A DNA stretch of 62,000 nucleotides from Hyalangium minutum (lineage in GTDB: Bacteria > Myxococcota > Myxococcia > Myxococcales > Myxococcaceae). Positions 12,614-22,542 of the stretch are shown one piece after another. The translations under genes and the position numbers were made by a program. The notes under the pieces were generated by a model. It was not told the DNA's origin. It did not search any database and saw only the letters and a program-made list of their open reading frames with translations. Positions within the stretch are counted from its first letter, which is position 1. Each line of letters begins with the position of its first letter. The stretch is from contig NZ_JMCB01000004.1 in the NCBI RefSeq assembly GCF_000737315.1, positions 144,001 through 206,000 on the forward strand, in the 5' to 3' direction.

Positions 12614-12909
12614 TCAGGTTCTGCCCTTCCACACCGCAGGTCGGCGGCGGACGTGGAGGCACGCGATCACGCTGATGCGCCCCTCATCCACCACGAAGAA
12701 GACGCCATAGGGAAAGCGTCGGAGCAGTGCGCGTCTGATGCGTGGGTGGACGAGCGTGTGGCTGTCGGGCTGCGCTGGATGCCCGCGAGGCAAGTCTCCA
12801 GCGCCTGAAGAAACTCAGCACCCAGGCCCTTGCCCCGTTGCTCGTACCACTGGACAGCGTCCGCGATGTCTGCTTGCGCGGGCTTGCGAAGCTCTAACGC
12901 GCGCTTCAC
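12614..12909 (-). pseudogene. RelE/ParE-family toxin with a frameshift
   Basis: Frame 1 gives MKRALELRKPAQADIADAVQWYEQRGKGLGAEFL...IQRSP; a second frame continues HTLVHPRIRRALLRRFPYGVFFVVDEGRISVIACLHVRRRPAVWKGRT*; switch at about 12761-12770. Confidence 0.85.
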
Positions 12910-13127
12910 AGGGACTTGAGCAGGCGCGCTTTGACTTCATCCCAGGACTCGCCCGACTCTGGATTCTCGTCCAGCTCCGCCAGACGCCTCTGAAGTTCGG
13001 CAAGCTGCTCGGGAGGCGTCGCCACCTGCTCCGGGTGAGCCGCGACGCTGTCCCAGAGGTCCTCGGCCAACTGGATGCGCTCGGCAGGACTCAAGTGGAG
13101 GAACTCTGAAAAGGTGACCCGCGACAT
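12906..13127 (-). CDS. Putative addiction-module antitoxin (TIGR02574-like)
   Basis: LSPAERIQLAEDLWDSV...ELQRRLAE...SWDEVKARL pattern; overlaps toxin start by 4 nt. Confidence 0.85.
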   Translation of the reverse strand: MSRVTFSEFLHLSPAERIQLAEDLWDSVAAHPEQVATPPEQLAELQRRLAELDENPESGESWDEVKARLLKSL

Positions 13128-13183
13128 GACTCCAGTTTAGGGCCGAGGTTTCTCCAGAGCCATAGGGATGCTGGGCAGAGGGT

Positions 13184-13816
13184 TTACTGGGATACCGCCG
13201 TGGGGGCAGCAGACCGTGCAAGCGAGTTCGGGGCCGTGACAGGGGACTCGGGCACCTGAGTCTGGGCCCAGTCCTCTGCTGTGCGGCCACTGGAATCCCG
13301 GCGCTCGGGCGACGCGCCCTTCTGCTGGAGCCGCTCCGCCACCTCCTTACGCCCGAACAGCCGCGCGAACATCAGCGCCGTCTGGCCCACTCCGTTTGAC
13401 TGGTCCACTGCGCACGGCTGCTGCAGGAGCAGGTCCACTACCTCCACGTAGCCCTTGAACGCCGCGCCCATCAGCGCCGTGTTTCCTCGCGAGTCTCCCG
13501 CGCACGCATCCGCGCCCCCTGCCAGCAGCGCCCGCACCGTCTCCGTGTGCCCGTGGTACGCCGCCAGAATCAGCGGAGAGAATCCGCGATCGTCCTGCAC
13601 GTTCACCGGCGTCCCGGCCTTGAGCAGTCCCGCCACCAGCTCCGCGTCTCCCTCGCGCGACGCGGCCAGCAGGTAGCGCTCGGCCTCGCTCACCGCCAGC
13701 ACCCGCTGCGCCGGAGGGCGCTTCCAGGACGTGTAGAAATAGCCCGCCACCGCCACCACGCCCAGCACCAGCACCAGCACCGCTCCAGCCAAACCCAGCA
13801 TCACCTTGCGCAGCAT
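13184..13816 (-). CDS. ankB: Ankyrin-repeat protein, N-terminally anchored (AnkB-like catalase partner)
   Basis: N-terminal TM helix; ankyrin repeats GFSPLILAAYHG, GNTALMGAAFKG, GQTALMFARLFG; directly downstream of catalase. Confidence 0.8.
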   Translation of the reverse strand: MLRKVMLGLAGAVLVLVLGVVAVAGYFYTSWKRPPAQRVLAVSEAERYLLAASREGDAELVAGLLKAGTPVNVQDDRGFSPLILAAYHGHTETVRALLAGGADACAGDSRGNTALMGAAFKGYVEVVDLLLQQPCAVDQSNGVGQTALMFARLFGRKEVAERLQQKGASPERRDSSGRTAEDWAQTQVPESPVTAPNSLARSAAPTAVSQ

Positions 13817-13905
13817 CGCTTCACTCCATGCAGGAAACTTCGAGGGAACCCACCCAACGGACAGAGGCCCCGGGAGCCCGACCTCCCGAGGTCTCCACCT
13901 ACGCG

Positions 13906-15435
13906 CTACCGCGAGGCGATCGTCGCCACCGCCGCCTGCGCGTCCTCCAGTTTCACTCCCACCGCCTTCGCCAGCCGCGTGCCGTACTCCGCGTTCGCGC
14001 TGTAGAAGTAGCCCACCATCCGCGCCTTCACCCGCGCGTCACGCACCTGGCCCAGGTCCCCCGCGAGGTTCTTCACCAGCCGCTCCCGCTCCACCGGGGT
14101 CAGCGCCAGGTAGAACGCCCCCGCCTGAGAGAAGTTGTCCGTCTTCGAGATCGCCACCTGCTGCGTCGTCCCGCTCAGCGCCATTTGCGACAGCAGGTAC
14201 GCAGGGGAGTCCGTTGTCTCACGGGTGATGCTCGGCTCGTAGTTCACGTCCGACTTCGTGTGGGCGATGTTCATCGCGCCACCCTGGTTGTTGTTGTTCA
14301 CCGTGGCCCGCGAGCGGTTCACCGGCAGCGACTGGTAGTTCGCACCCACCCGGTAGCGCTGCGTGTCCGCGTAGGAGAACAGCCGGCCCTGCAGCAGCCG
14401 ATCCTCGGAGGGCTCGATGCCCGGAGGCTGCACGCCCGGAGAGAACGCTGCCTGCTCGGTCTCCTCGAAGAAGTTGTCCGGCATCTTGTTCAGCGTGATC
14501 TTCCCCAGCTTGATCGACGGGACCTTGTCCTCCGGCCACACCTTCGTCGCGTCCAGCGGATCGAACGAGAACGCGTCCAGATTCTTCGGATCCAGCACCT
14601 GCGCCGTCAGCTCCCACGACGGGTCCTGGCCCTTGCCGATCGACTCGTAGAGATCATGCGTGGCGTGCTGGAAGTCCTGGCCCTGGATGCGCGTGGCCTC
14701 CTCGGCCGTGAGCGACTTCACGCCCTGCAGCGACTTCCAGTTGAACTTCACGTAGTGCACCTGGCCCTTCGCGTTGACGAACTTGAAGGCGTGTACGCCG
14801 TGGCCGTTCATCTGCCGGTAGTTCGCCGGCACGCCCAGGTCCGAGTACACCTGCGTCAGCATGTGCGTGGACTCGGGCACGTGAGAGAAGAAGTCGAAGA
14901 ACCGGTTGGGATCCTGGCGGTTCGTGATCGGCGACGGCTTCAGCGAGTGCACCATGTCCGGGAACTTGATGGCGTCCCGGATGAAGAACACCGGCAGGTT
15001 GTTGCCCACCAGGTCCCAGTTGCCCTCGTCCGTGTAGAACTTGAGCGCGAAGCCGCGCGGATCCCGCAGCGTCTCCGGCGAGCCCTGCGGGTGGATCACC
15101 GTGGAGAAACGCACGAACATCGGCGTCTTCTTGCCCTTGGCCGTCAGCAGCGAGGCCTTCGTCAGCTGCGAGAAGTCCCCGTAGCTCTCGAAGGTGCCGT
15201 AGGCGCCCACGCCGCGTGCGTGCACCACGCGCTCGGGGATGCGCTCGCGATCAAAACGCGCGAGCTTCTCGATGAGGTGGAAGTCCTCCAGCAGGATTCC
15301 GCCGCGCGGGCCCGCCGTCTTCGAGTTCTGGTTGGAGCCGACCGGTGCGCCCGAGTCCGTCGTCAGGGGAGGGGGATCGGCCAGGGCCGCGCCACCGCTC
15401 AGCAGCGCCGCCAGGAGGAAAGGCTTCAGGTTCAT
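13906..15435 (-). CDS. katB: Monofunctional heme catalase with Sec signal peptide (KatB-like)
   Basis: FDRERIPERVVHARG active-site motif, RFSTV, RDPRGFALKFYT, RLLQGRLFSYADTQ heme ligand; N-terminal signal MNLKPFLLAALLSGGAALA. Confidence 0.93.
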   Translation of the reverse strand: MNLKPFLLAALLSGGAALADPPPLTTDSGAPVGSNQNSKTAGPRGGILLEDFHLIEKLARFDRERIPERVVHARGVGAYGTFESYGDFSQLTKASLLTAKGKKTPMFVRFSTVIHPQGSPETLRDPRGFALKFYTDEGNWDLVGNNLPVFFIRDAIKFPDMVHSLKPSPITNRQDPNRFFDFFSHVPESTHMLTQVYSDLGVPANYRQMNGHGVHAFKFVNAKGQVHYVKFNWKSLQGVKSLTAEEATRIQGQDFQHATHDLYESIGKGQDPSWELTAQVLDPKNLDAFSFDPLDATKVWPEDKVPSIKLGKITLNKMPDNFFEETEQAAFSPGVQPPGIEPSEDRLLQGRLFSYADTQRYRVGANYQSLPVNRSRATVNNNNQGGAMNIAHTKSDVNYEPSITRETTDSPAYLLSQMALSGTTQQVAISKTDNFSQAGAFYLALTPVERERLVKNLAGDLGQVRDARVKARMVGYFYSANAEYGTRLAKAVGVKLEDAQAAVATIASR

Positions 15436-15478
15436 AGGAGATCTCCGGAGTGAAGGGGTGAAGATGGGAGACCCCTAG

Positions 15479-15494
15479 AGCACTCGGTGTGCCA
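15479..15494 (-). promoter_or_regulatory. sigma54-type promoter of the catalase-ankyrin unit
   Basis: Minus strand TGGCACACCGAGTGCT (GG-N10-GC), about 45 bp upstream of the catalase ATG, which has a GGAG RBS. Confidence 0.6.
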
Positions 15495-15546
15495 AGCCTC
15501 TGAGCCCAGTGGTATTCAGAGGTTATGAACTGGAAGTGCCCCGTTA

Positions 15547-15632
15547 CACCGATATATCAGTGCACCCAGCGCGATTTCGGTGGAGAGTGGTACCGATATT
15601 TCGCTGCAGCTATCTTCACCGAGATATCGGTG
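15547..15632. promoter_or_regulatory. Array of four 16-bp palindromes (consensus CACCGATATWTCGGTG), putative operator or upstream activator sites
   Basis: Copies at 15547 caccgatatatcagtg, 15567 cagcgcgatttcggtg, 15591 taccgatatttcgctg, 15617 caccgagatatcggtg. Confidence 0.7.
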
Positions 15633-15748
15633 TAAACGCATTGGACACAGCCGGGCAGGCTCCAGAGGCAGGCGCCGCATGACGCTCCAAGTCATCGGTG
15701 GACCAGAAAAGTTCAACATTTCTGATGGTTTAGGGGTAAGGTGCCGCC

Positions 15749-17305
15749 ATGCCGGGACCGTTCATCCAAGACGAGCAGATTGCGCACGCGCGCAAGCTGG
15801 CCGAGGAGATCGTCAACCCGATCTTCGACCTCATCCACCACAACACCACTGTGTCCATTGAGCGCACCGTGCTGCGCTTCTTCGGGATTTCGGGGGCGGG
15901 GGCTCGCGGTGTGCCGCTGGCCAACTTGATGGTGGACAAACTAAAGGCGGCCGGGGTGCTCAACCGCGGCGCCGCCTACTGGTATGGCCGGGCGCTGCAA
16001 CTGGGCGCCAAGAGCCCGCTGGAGGCCGTAGAGCGCCTGACCGCACTGCCCACCGAGAAGCTGGGGCCCCTGTCTCCGGAAATGGAGCAGAACCTGCGCG
16101 CCGAGGTGCGCGCCGAGGGCCGCGCCGCGCTCGAGGACATGCAGGGTCGCATCGCCCAGCGCAACGCGCTCCGGCAGCAGTTCCCCATGTCCCCGACGCC
16201 GCACAAGTACGTCATCGTTGCCACCGGTAACATCTATGACGATGTGGACCAGGCGCGCGCGGCGGCCCAGGCGGGCGCGGACATCATCGCGGTCATCCGC
16301 TCCACGGCGCAGTCGTTGCTGGACTACGTGCCCCACGGTGCCACCACCGAGGGCTACGGCGGCACCTACGCCACCCAGGAGAACTTCCGCATCATGCGCG
16401 AGGCCCTGGACGAGGAGAGCAAGAAGCTCAAGCGCTACATTCAGCTGACGAACTACTCCTCCGGCCTGGCCATGTCGGAGATTGCCTTCTGCGCGGCGTA
16501 CGAGAAGCTGGACATGCTCCTCAACGACGCGATGTACGGCATCCTCTTCCGCGACATCAACATGCGGCGGACGTTCATCGATCAGTACTTCAGCCGCCGC
16601 ATCTGCGCCCTGGCCGGCATCATCATCAACACAGGCGAGGACAACTACATCACCACCGCGGACGCGTATGACGCGGCCCACACGGTCATCGCCAGCCAGT
16701 TCATCAACGAGTGCTTCGCCAAGCGCGCGGGGCTCAAGGACTGGCAGCTGGGCATCGGGCACTCGTACGAGATCGATCCGCACCGTCCGGACACGCTCCT
16801 GCTGGAGCTGTCGCAGGCCATGCTGGTGCGGCGCTGCTTCCCTGACGCCCCGCTGAAGTACATGCCGCCCACCAAGCACAAGGAGACGGACATCTTCTTC
16901 AGCCACGCGTACGACGTGATGGCGGACCTGGTGGCCGTCTGGACGCGGCAGGGCATCCAGCTGCTGGGCATGATGACGGAGGCGATGCACACGCCGCTGC
17001 TGGCGGATCGGTACGTGGCGCTGAAGTCCGCTGCCTACCTCCACCGCGCCGCGCGGGGCATCGACGAGGAGTTCACCGTGCGCGAGGACGGGAAGATCGC
17101 CAACCGCGCGCGCGAGGTGTTCGCCAAGGCCATGGAGCTGCTGGAGGAGTGCCACAAGGAGGGCATGGTGGCGGCCATCGGCAAGGGGCGCTTTGGCGAC
17201 GTGAAGCGCACGGAGACGGGCGGCAAGGGCCTGGATGGCGTGCTCGAGAAGGCGCCGGACTATTTCAATCCGTTCTTGGAGATTCTGGAGGGTACGCACT
17301 CATGA
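15749..17305 (+). CDS. kamD: Lysine 5,6-aminomutase alpha subunit
   Basis: HTTVSIERTVLR, YVIVATGNIYDDVDQA, IAVIRSTAQSLLDYVPHGAT, TNYSSGL, NTGEDNY, KYMPPTK, GMMTEA. Confidence 0.95.
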   Translation: MPGPFIQDEQIAHARKLAEEIVNPIFDLIHHNTTVSIERTVLRFFGISGAGARGVPLANLMVDKLKAAGVLNRGAAYWYGRALQLGAKSPLEAVERLTALPTEKLGPLSPEMEQNLRAEVRAEGRAALEDMQGRIAQRNALRQQFPMSPTPHKYVIVATGNIYDDVDQARAAAQAGADIIAVIRSTAQSLLDYVPHGATTEGYGGTYATQENFRIMREALDEESKKLKRYIQLTNYSSGLAMSEIAFCAAYEKLDMLLNDAMYGILFRDINMRRTFIDQYFSRRICALAGIIINTGEDNYITTADAYDAAHTVIASQFINECFAKRAGLKDWQLGIGHSYEIDPHRPDTLLLELSQAMLVRRCFPDAPLKYMPPTKHKETDIFFSHAYDVMADLVAVWTRQGIQLLGMMTEAMHTPLLADRYVALKSAAYLHRAARGIDEEFTVREDGKIANRAREVFAKAMELLEECHKEGMVAAIGKGRFGDVKRTETGGKGLDGVLEKAPDYFNPFLEILEGTHS

Positions 17306-17787
17306 TCGGTTCCTTGGTGATGACGGTGGCGCTGGCCGTGAGCAGTGGCGGCTCGGCGGATGCGCTGGTGAAGCACCAGGCGAAGACGCTGACCCTCCAG
17401 GTCCCTGGCGCGTGGGACCGCACCAACGAGGAGGGCACCGAGAAGTTCAAGGCTCCCTCGGGGGATGGGTGGTTCACGCTGGACGTGGGCGCCGTGCAGA
17501 CGGCCGGCATGCAGCCCAAGGTCTGCCTGGACAAGATCCTCACCGCCATGGGCGGCGGCGAGGGCTGGGAGAAGATCAGCCTGGGCCTCAACCCGGCCGC
17601 CAAGAAGGTGAACGTGGACGACGCCACGGAGGATGGCGAGGACAAGGTCCGCTCGGTCACTTACGTGGGCTGCAACGGCAAGACGACGTGGTCCCTCATC
17701 TTCTCCATGAACGACAAGAAGAAGGACCGGTTCGAGCCCCTGGCAGCCAAGATCGCCCAGAGCGTCAGCTACGCAAAGGGGAAGTGA
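17302..17787 (+). CDS. Exported hypothetical protein (possibly PsbP/DcrB-like fold)
   Basis: ATG overlaps kamD stop (ATGA); hydrophobic signal MIGSLVMTVALAVSS; LTLQVPGAW motif; strong codon bias. Confidence 0.7.
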   Translation: MIGSLVMTVALAVSSGGSADALVKHQAKTLTLQVPGAWDRTNEEGTEKFKAPSGDGWFTLDVGAVQTAGMQPKVCLDKILTAMGGGEGWEKISLGLNPAAKKVNVDDATEDGEDKVRSVTYVGCNGKTTWSLIFSMNDKKKDRFEPLAAKIAQSVSYAKGK

Positions 17788-17794
17788 GCGCCTC

Positions 17795-18580
17795 ATGGTG
17801 AAGCCGACCAAGCAGATCATCCGCCCCTATGGAGACCGCCGCGACGATGGCGTGGTGCAGCTGTCGTTCACGCTCCCGGTGCCGCTGTCAGAGAAGGCCA
17901 AGGAGGCCGCCGCCCAGTTCACGAAGAAGATGGGCTTCTCGGACGTGAAGGTGGCCGCTGCCGAGCGCGCCGCGGACAACTACACGTTCTTCATCGTGTA
18001 CGCCCGGTCGGGCATGTACATCGACTACGCGGAGATCGACGTCCCCGAGGTCGTCATCAAGAAGATGGGGTTCGACGATCTCAACACCTTCATCCAGGAC
18101 AAGGTGGGGCGGCGCATCGTGGTGTTCGGCGCGTGTACCGGCACGGACACCCACACGGTGGGGATCGACGCCATCCTGAACATGAAGGGCTATGCGGGCG
18201 ACTACGGCCTGGAGCGCTACCCGTGGTTCGAGGCCTTCAACCTGGGCAGCCAGGTCCCCAATGACGACCTCATCACCAAGGCACTGGCGAAGAACGCGGA
18301 TGCCATCCTGGTGAGCCAGGTGGTGACTCAGCGCGACGTGCACAAGGACAACTCGCGCCAGTTCATTGATGCGGCCAAGGCGCGGGGTATCCACGGAAAG
18401 ACGATCCTGCTGCTCGGCGGGCCGCGCGTGGACCACAAGCTGGCGCTGGAGCTGGGCTTCGACGCGGGTTTCGGTCCGGGCACCAAGCCGTCCGACGTGG
18501 CCAACTACATCGTGCACGCGCTGCTCAAGAAGATGGGCAAGGAAGACCCGAACGCGCACTACCAGGGAGAGCCCAAGTGA
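17795..18580 (+). CDS. kamE: Lysine 5,6-aminomutase beta subunit (B12-binding)
   Basis: [41 protein letters not shown] (DxHxxG cobalamin motif), [10 protein letters not shown]. Confidence 0.95.
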   Translation: MVKPTKQIIRPYGDRRDDGVVQLSFTLPVPLSEKAKEAAAQFTKKMGFSDVKVAAAERAADNYTFFIVYARSGMYIDYAEIDVPEVVIKKMGFDDLNTFIQDKVGRRIVVFGACTGTDTHTVGIDAILNMKGYAGDYGLERYPWFEAFNLGSQVPNDDLITKALAKNADAILVSQVVTQRDVHKDNSRQFIDAAKARGIHGKTILLLGGPRVDHKLALELGFDAGFGPGTKPSDVANYIVHALLKKMGKEDPNAHYQGEPK

Positions 18581-18972
18581 GCACGACCAAGGCCATCATC
18601 CGGCTGCGCATGAGCAGCCATGACGCGCACTACGGCGGCAACCTCGTGGACGGCGCGCGGATGCTGGGGCTCTTTGGCGATGTGGCCACGGAGCTGTGCA
18701 TCCGGCACGACGGGGACGAGGGCCTGTTCCGCGCGTATGACTCGGTGGAGTTCCTGGCACCCGTGTACGCGGGGGACTTCATCGAGGCCGAGGGCGAGAT
18801 CATCAGCACCGGCAATACGTCCCGGAAGATGAAGTTCGAGGCACGCAAGGTCATCCGGCCGCGTACGGATGTGAACGACTCGGCGGCGGACCTGTTGCAG
18901 GAGCCGGTGGTGGTGTGCCGGGCTTCGGGTACCTGCGTGGTTCCCAAGGACAAGCAGCGCATCCAGCGCTGA
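18577..18972 (+). CDS. kal: 3-aminobutyryl-CoA ammonia-lyase (hotdog fold)
   Basis: [33 protein letters not shown]...[26 protein letters not shown]. Confidence 0.92.
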   Translation: MSTTKAIIRLRMSSHDAHYGGNLVDGARMLGLFGDVATELCIRHDGDEGLFRAYDSVEFLAPVYAGDFIEAEGEIISTGNTSRKMKFEARKVIRPRTDVNDSAADLLQEPVVVCRASGTCVVPKDKQRIQR

Positions 18973-19007
18973 CTTACTCACTCACGCATTCAGAAGAGGG
19001 GGCATCC

Positions 19008-19835
19008 ATGAGTACGCCCATGGTCATCACCGCCGCGATGGTCGGCGCGGAGACGACGCGCGAGCAGACGCCGCACCTGCCCATCACCGCGGAGGAGATC
19101 GCCGAGGACGCGGTGAAGTGCCGCGAGGCCGGCGCGGCGATGGTTCACCTGCACGTACGCACGCCAGATGGCAAGCCGTCGCAGGACGCGGAGCTGTTCC
19201 GAGCGGCGATCCGGGCCATCCGCAAGCGCACGGACATCCTGATTCAGACGTCCACGGGCGGCGCGGTGGGCATGAGCGTGGACGAGCGCTGCGGCCCGCT
19301 GACGCTGACGGGCGCGGATCGCCCGGACATGGCCACGCTGACGACGGGCACGGTGAACTTCGGCCCGGACGTGTTCTGGAACCCGCGTCCGCTGGTGCGG
19401 GACATCGCCAAGCGCATCCGCGCCCTGGGCCTCAAGCCGGAGATCGAGTGCTTCGACGTGGGGATGATCGATGAGGCCAGCATCCTCGCGAAGGAGGGGC
19501 TGGTGGATCTGCCCGCGCACTATGACTTCGTGCTGGGCGTGCCGGGCGCGCTGACGGCGCGGGTGGACGCGCTGGAGTTCATGATCAAGTCGCTGCCCGA
19601 GGGCAGCACGTGGACGGTGGCGGCGGTGGGCCGGCACCAGCTGCCGTTCGTGGAGCACGCGGCCGAGCGCGGCGGCAACGCGCGCGTGGGGCTCGAGGAC
19701 AACATCTTCGTGTCCAAGGGCGTGCTGGCGAAGGGTAATTGGGAGCTGGTGGCGGAGGCGGCCAAGCGCGCCAAGGCCAAGGGCCGCACGCTGGCCACGC
19801 CGGAAGAGGCGCGGAAGATCCTGCGCCTCACCTGA
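19008..19835 (+). CDS. kce: 3-keto-5-aminohexanoate cleavage enzyme
   Basis: ITAAMVGAE, AGAAMVHLHVR, QTSTGG, PEIECFDVG, RVGLEDN (BKACE family); start set at ATG 19008. Confidence 0.93.
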   Translation: MSTPMVITAAMVGAETTREQTPHLPITAEEIAEDAVKCREAGAAMVHLHVRTPDGKPSQDAELFRAAIRAIRKRTDILIQTSTGGAVGMSVDERCGPLTLTGADRPDMATLTTGTVNFGPDVFWNPRPLVRDIAKRIRALGLKPEIECFDVGMIDEASILAKEGLVDLPAHYDFVLGVPGALTARVDALEFMIKSLPEGSTWTVAAVGRHQLPFVEHAAERGGNARVGLEDNIFVSKGVLAKGNWELVAEAAKRAKAKGRTLATPEEARKILRLT

Positions 19836-19897
19836 GCGAGCGCAGCGGGGCCAGATGGAGGCCCGCCCCAGGCCGGGCCGCAGGAGGGAGCCAAGGC

Positions 19898-20674
19898 ATG
19901 GAGACGGAGCTGAGAGGCAAGGGCGTCCTGGTCACAGGAGGCGCGGGAGGCATTGGCAGCGCCACGGTGCGCGCGTTCGCGGAGGAGGGTGCACGGGTGG
20001 CCGTGCACTACCGCTCGAACGAGGACAAGGCGCGGGCCCTCGCGACGGAGGTGGGCGGCGCGGCCGTGCGCGCGGACCTGACCTCCGAGGCCGAGGTGGA
20101 CGCGCTGATCCCCGAGGCGGTGAAGGCGCTCGGGCGGCTGGATGTGGTGGTGGCCAATGCCGGACACTGGCCCTCGCAGGATGAGCCGGTGTGGAAGATG
20201 TCCCTGACCCGCTGGCGCCAGACGCTGGCGGAGAATCTGGACAGCGTGTTCCTCACGTGCCGGGCCTTCCTGCGGCACGTGGAGACGACGAAGGTCGGGA
20301 GCCTGGTGCTCGTGAGCTCCACCGCGGGCCTGTTTGGCGAGGCAGGGCACTCGGACTACGCGGCGGCCAAGGGCGCGCTCGCGAGTGGCTTCGTGAAGAG
20401 CTTGAAGAACGAGCTGGGCCGCATCGCTCCGATGGCCCGAGTGAACGTGGTGTGCCCGGGCTGGACCGAGGTGGATCGCAACCGGGGTAAGCTCCAGGAC
20501 CCAGCGTTCCTGGCCCGAGTAACGCGGACGATGGCGCTGCGCAAGGTGGGGCGGCCGGAGGACATCGCGCGGGTCATCGTGACGCTCGCGTCAGACCGTA
20601 TCTCTGGCCACGTGACGGGCGAGGTCGTCACCGTCGCTGGCGGCATGGAAGGAAGAGTGCTTCATGACACTTGA
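19898..20674 (+). CDS. Short-chain dehydrogenase/reductase
   Basis: [30 protein letters not shown]; start set at ATG 19898. Confidence 0.9.
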   Translation: METELRGKGVLVTGGAGGIGSATVRAFAEEGARVAVHYRSNEDKARALATEVGGAAVRADLTSEAEVDALIPEAVKALGRLDVVVANAGHWPSQDEPVWKMSLTRWRQTLAENLDSVFLTCRAFLRHVETTKVGSLVLVSSTAGLFGEAGHSDYAAAKGALASGFVKSLKNELGRIAPMARVNVVCPGWTEVDRNRGKLQDPAFLARVTRTMALRKVGRPEDIARVIVTLASDRISGHVTGEVVTVAGGMEGRVLHDT

Positions 20675-21455
20675 TGTGGATATTCGCGCCTACAACCGTG
20701 AGGCGTGGAATCGGCAGGTGGCCAAGGGAGACCGGTGGACGGTGCCCGTGGGCCCCGAGGTTATCGCCGCCGCGCGCCGGGGCGAGTGGAGCGTCATCCT
20801 CACCCCGCACAAGCCCGTGCCCCGCGAGTGGTTCGGCGAGCTGAAGGGGAAAGAGGTGCTGGGGCTCGCGAGCGCGGGTGGACAGCAGGGCTCGGTGCTC
20901 GCGGCGGCGGGCGCTCGGGTGACGATCTTCGACAACTCGCCGGCTCAGCTTGGACAGGACCGGCTGGTGGCGGAGCGCGAGGGCCTGGAGATTCGCCTCG
21001 TCGAGGGGGACATGCGGGACCTGTCCGTGTTCCCGGACGCAAGCTTCGATCTCATCTTCCACCCGTGCTCCAACTGCTTCGTGGACGACATCCGCCGCGT
21101 CTGGCGCGAGGCCTATCGCGTCCTGCGTCCGGGAGGAGCGCTGCTCTCCGGGTTTTGCAACCCGATCATGTTCCTCTTCGATCCGGAGCTGGAGCCCGAG
21201 GGCATCCTCCAGATGAAGTACCGGATGCCATACTCGGACTTCACCAGCCTCACGGACGCGGAGCGGCGCCGCTACACGGACAAGGGCGAGCCCCTCTGTA
21301 TTGCCCACTCGCTGGAGGAGCAGATCGGTGGGCAGCTCGCTGCGGGTTTCCTCCTGTCCGGGTTTTACGAGGACAAGCACGTCGCCGGAGATCGGCTCGC
21401 GGAGTACATGTCGAGCCTCTGCGCGACGCGAGCGGTGAAGCCCCCAGTTCCGTGA
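20664..21455 (+). CDS. Class I SAM-dependent methyltransferase
   Basis: [11 protein letters not shown] motif [23 protein letters not shown]. Confidence 0.88.
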   Translation: MTLDVDIRAYNREAWNRQVAKGDRWTVPVGPEVIAAARRGEWSVILTPHKPVPREWFGELKGKEVLGLASAGGQQGSVLAAAGARVTIFDNSPAQLGQDRLVAEREGLEIRLVEGDMRDLSVFPDASFDLIFHPCSNCFVDDIRRVWREAYRVLRPGGALLSGFCNPIMFLFDPELEPEGILQMKYRMPYSDFTSLTDAERRRYTDKGEPLCIAHSLEEQIGGQLAAGFLLSGFYEDKHVAGDRLAEYMSSLCATRAVKPPVP

Positions 21456-22507
21456 ACTGCTCGCGCGTGGCCCTGTTCGCCTGTTTCCTGGTGCTCGGCG
21501 GGTGCCCGCAGGAGGGTGGGCCCAACAAGCCATCCGGACGTCTCCAAGGCCAGGTAGTGGGACCTGGCAGCCCTCGGGGAGACGCATACGTGTTCCTGTT
21601 CGCTCCGAGCGAGGGCCCTCCTCGGGGGCAGGCTGTGCCTCGCTACGTCACGGCAGTGCCTGATCTGCGGCTGGGAACTGGGGATGCCCGGTTCCTGTTC
21701 GCAGAGGTGAATCCAGGGCCATACCGGCTGTGGGGCTTCTTGGATGCGAACGGAGATGTGGACCTCTCCGTGGACGTGCTCGCCCAGCCGGGCGCGGGCG
21801 ACTGGCTGCCCGCGGCAGGAGTGGAGCTGGAGATTCCTGCGGGGAGCGTCGTGGAGCACGAGCTGACGCTCACTCAACGGAGGCGTCACGATCCTCCCGC
21901 GTTCCGGGTGACAGGGGAGGGGACGGATGGGGGCGTGGTGACGGTGCCGGACTCACTGCTGTCGCTTACGTCTCTCGATGTCGAGGCGGAGGGGCTGGGG
22001 CTCCTGCGCGGCGAGGAGGCACGGTTCTTCGTCCGGCTGGTCGATCGAGACGGAGACGGGAACGCGGATGATCTGAACGGAGACGGAGTGCCGGAGCTGT
22101 TCCCCCAGTTCTTCCTGCGCTTCATGCCGAGGCCCGGGCAGACGGTGCCGATGCAGACGGATGGAGGGCCCTCCCAGGTCATCGTGCCCCTGGTCATCAA
22201 CCCGGTGCCCTTCGTTCCCATCCTTCAGGGAGACGTGACGCGCGAGGCCTCTGCCACGAGCCTGCAGCTCTTCGTCGTGCCGGTGGCGCAGGCCGTCTCG
22301 GAGGCCACGGATGGAGGACAGGTGCTGACGCCGCTCGCGGCCATGCCGGTGGGCGAGTACCAACTCTGGGCACTCTCAGCGGAAGGGGCCTTCTGGTACA
22401 TCCCGAATGCGCTGGGAGCACGAGACTCGGAGGTTTTGCACTCGCAGTCCTTGCGGTTCGAGATTGTCCGAGGGGGCTCGCCCGACGCAGGAAATCCCAT
22501 TAGATAG
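21452..22507 (+). CDS. Hypothetical lipoprotein with Ca-binding-like DxDGDG motifs
   Basis: GTG overlapping upstream stop; lipobox LGGC; DANGD and [15 protein letters not shown]. Confidence 0.7.
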   Translation: MNCSRVALFACFLVLGGCPQEGGPNKPSGRLQGQVVGPGSPRGDAYVFLFAPSEGPPRGQAVPRYVTAVPDLRLGTGDARFLFAEVNPGPYRLWGFLDANGDVDLSVDVLAQPGAGDWLPAAGVELEIPAGSVVEHELTLTQRRRHDPPAFRVTGEGTDGGVVTVPDSLLSLTSLDVEAEGLGLLRGEEARFFVRLVDRDGDGNADDLNGDGVPELFPQFFLRFMPRPGQTVPMQTDGGPSQVIVPLVINPVPFVPILQGDVTREASATSLQLFVVPVAQAVSEATDGGQVLTPLAAMPVGEYQLWALSAEGAFWYIPNALGARDSEVLHSQSLRFEIVRGGSPDAGNPIR

Positions 22508-22542
22508 GTGCGCGCTTCAACCCCGCCGATCCGAGGAATCCC

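Noticed and set aside
15500-15748. Lysine or cobalamin riboswitch ahead of kamD
   Set aside because: Only a short GGTGAAGATAG match, on the wrong strand; no B12-box or lysine-aptamer core seen. The palindrome array explains the structure better.
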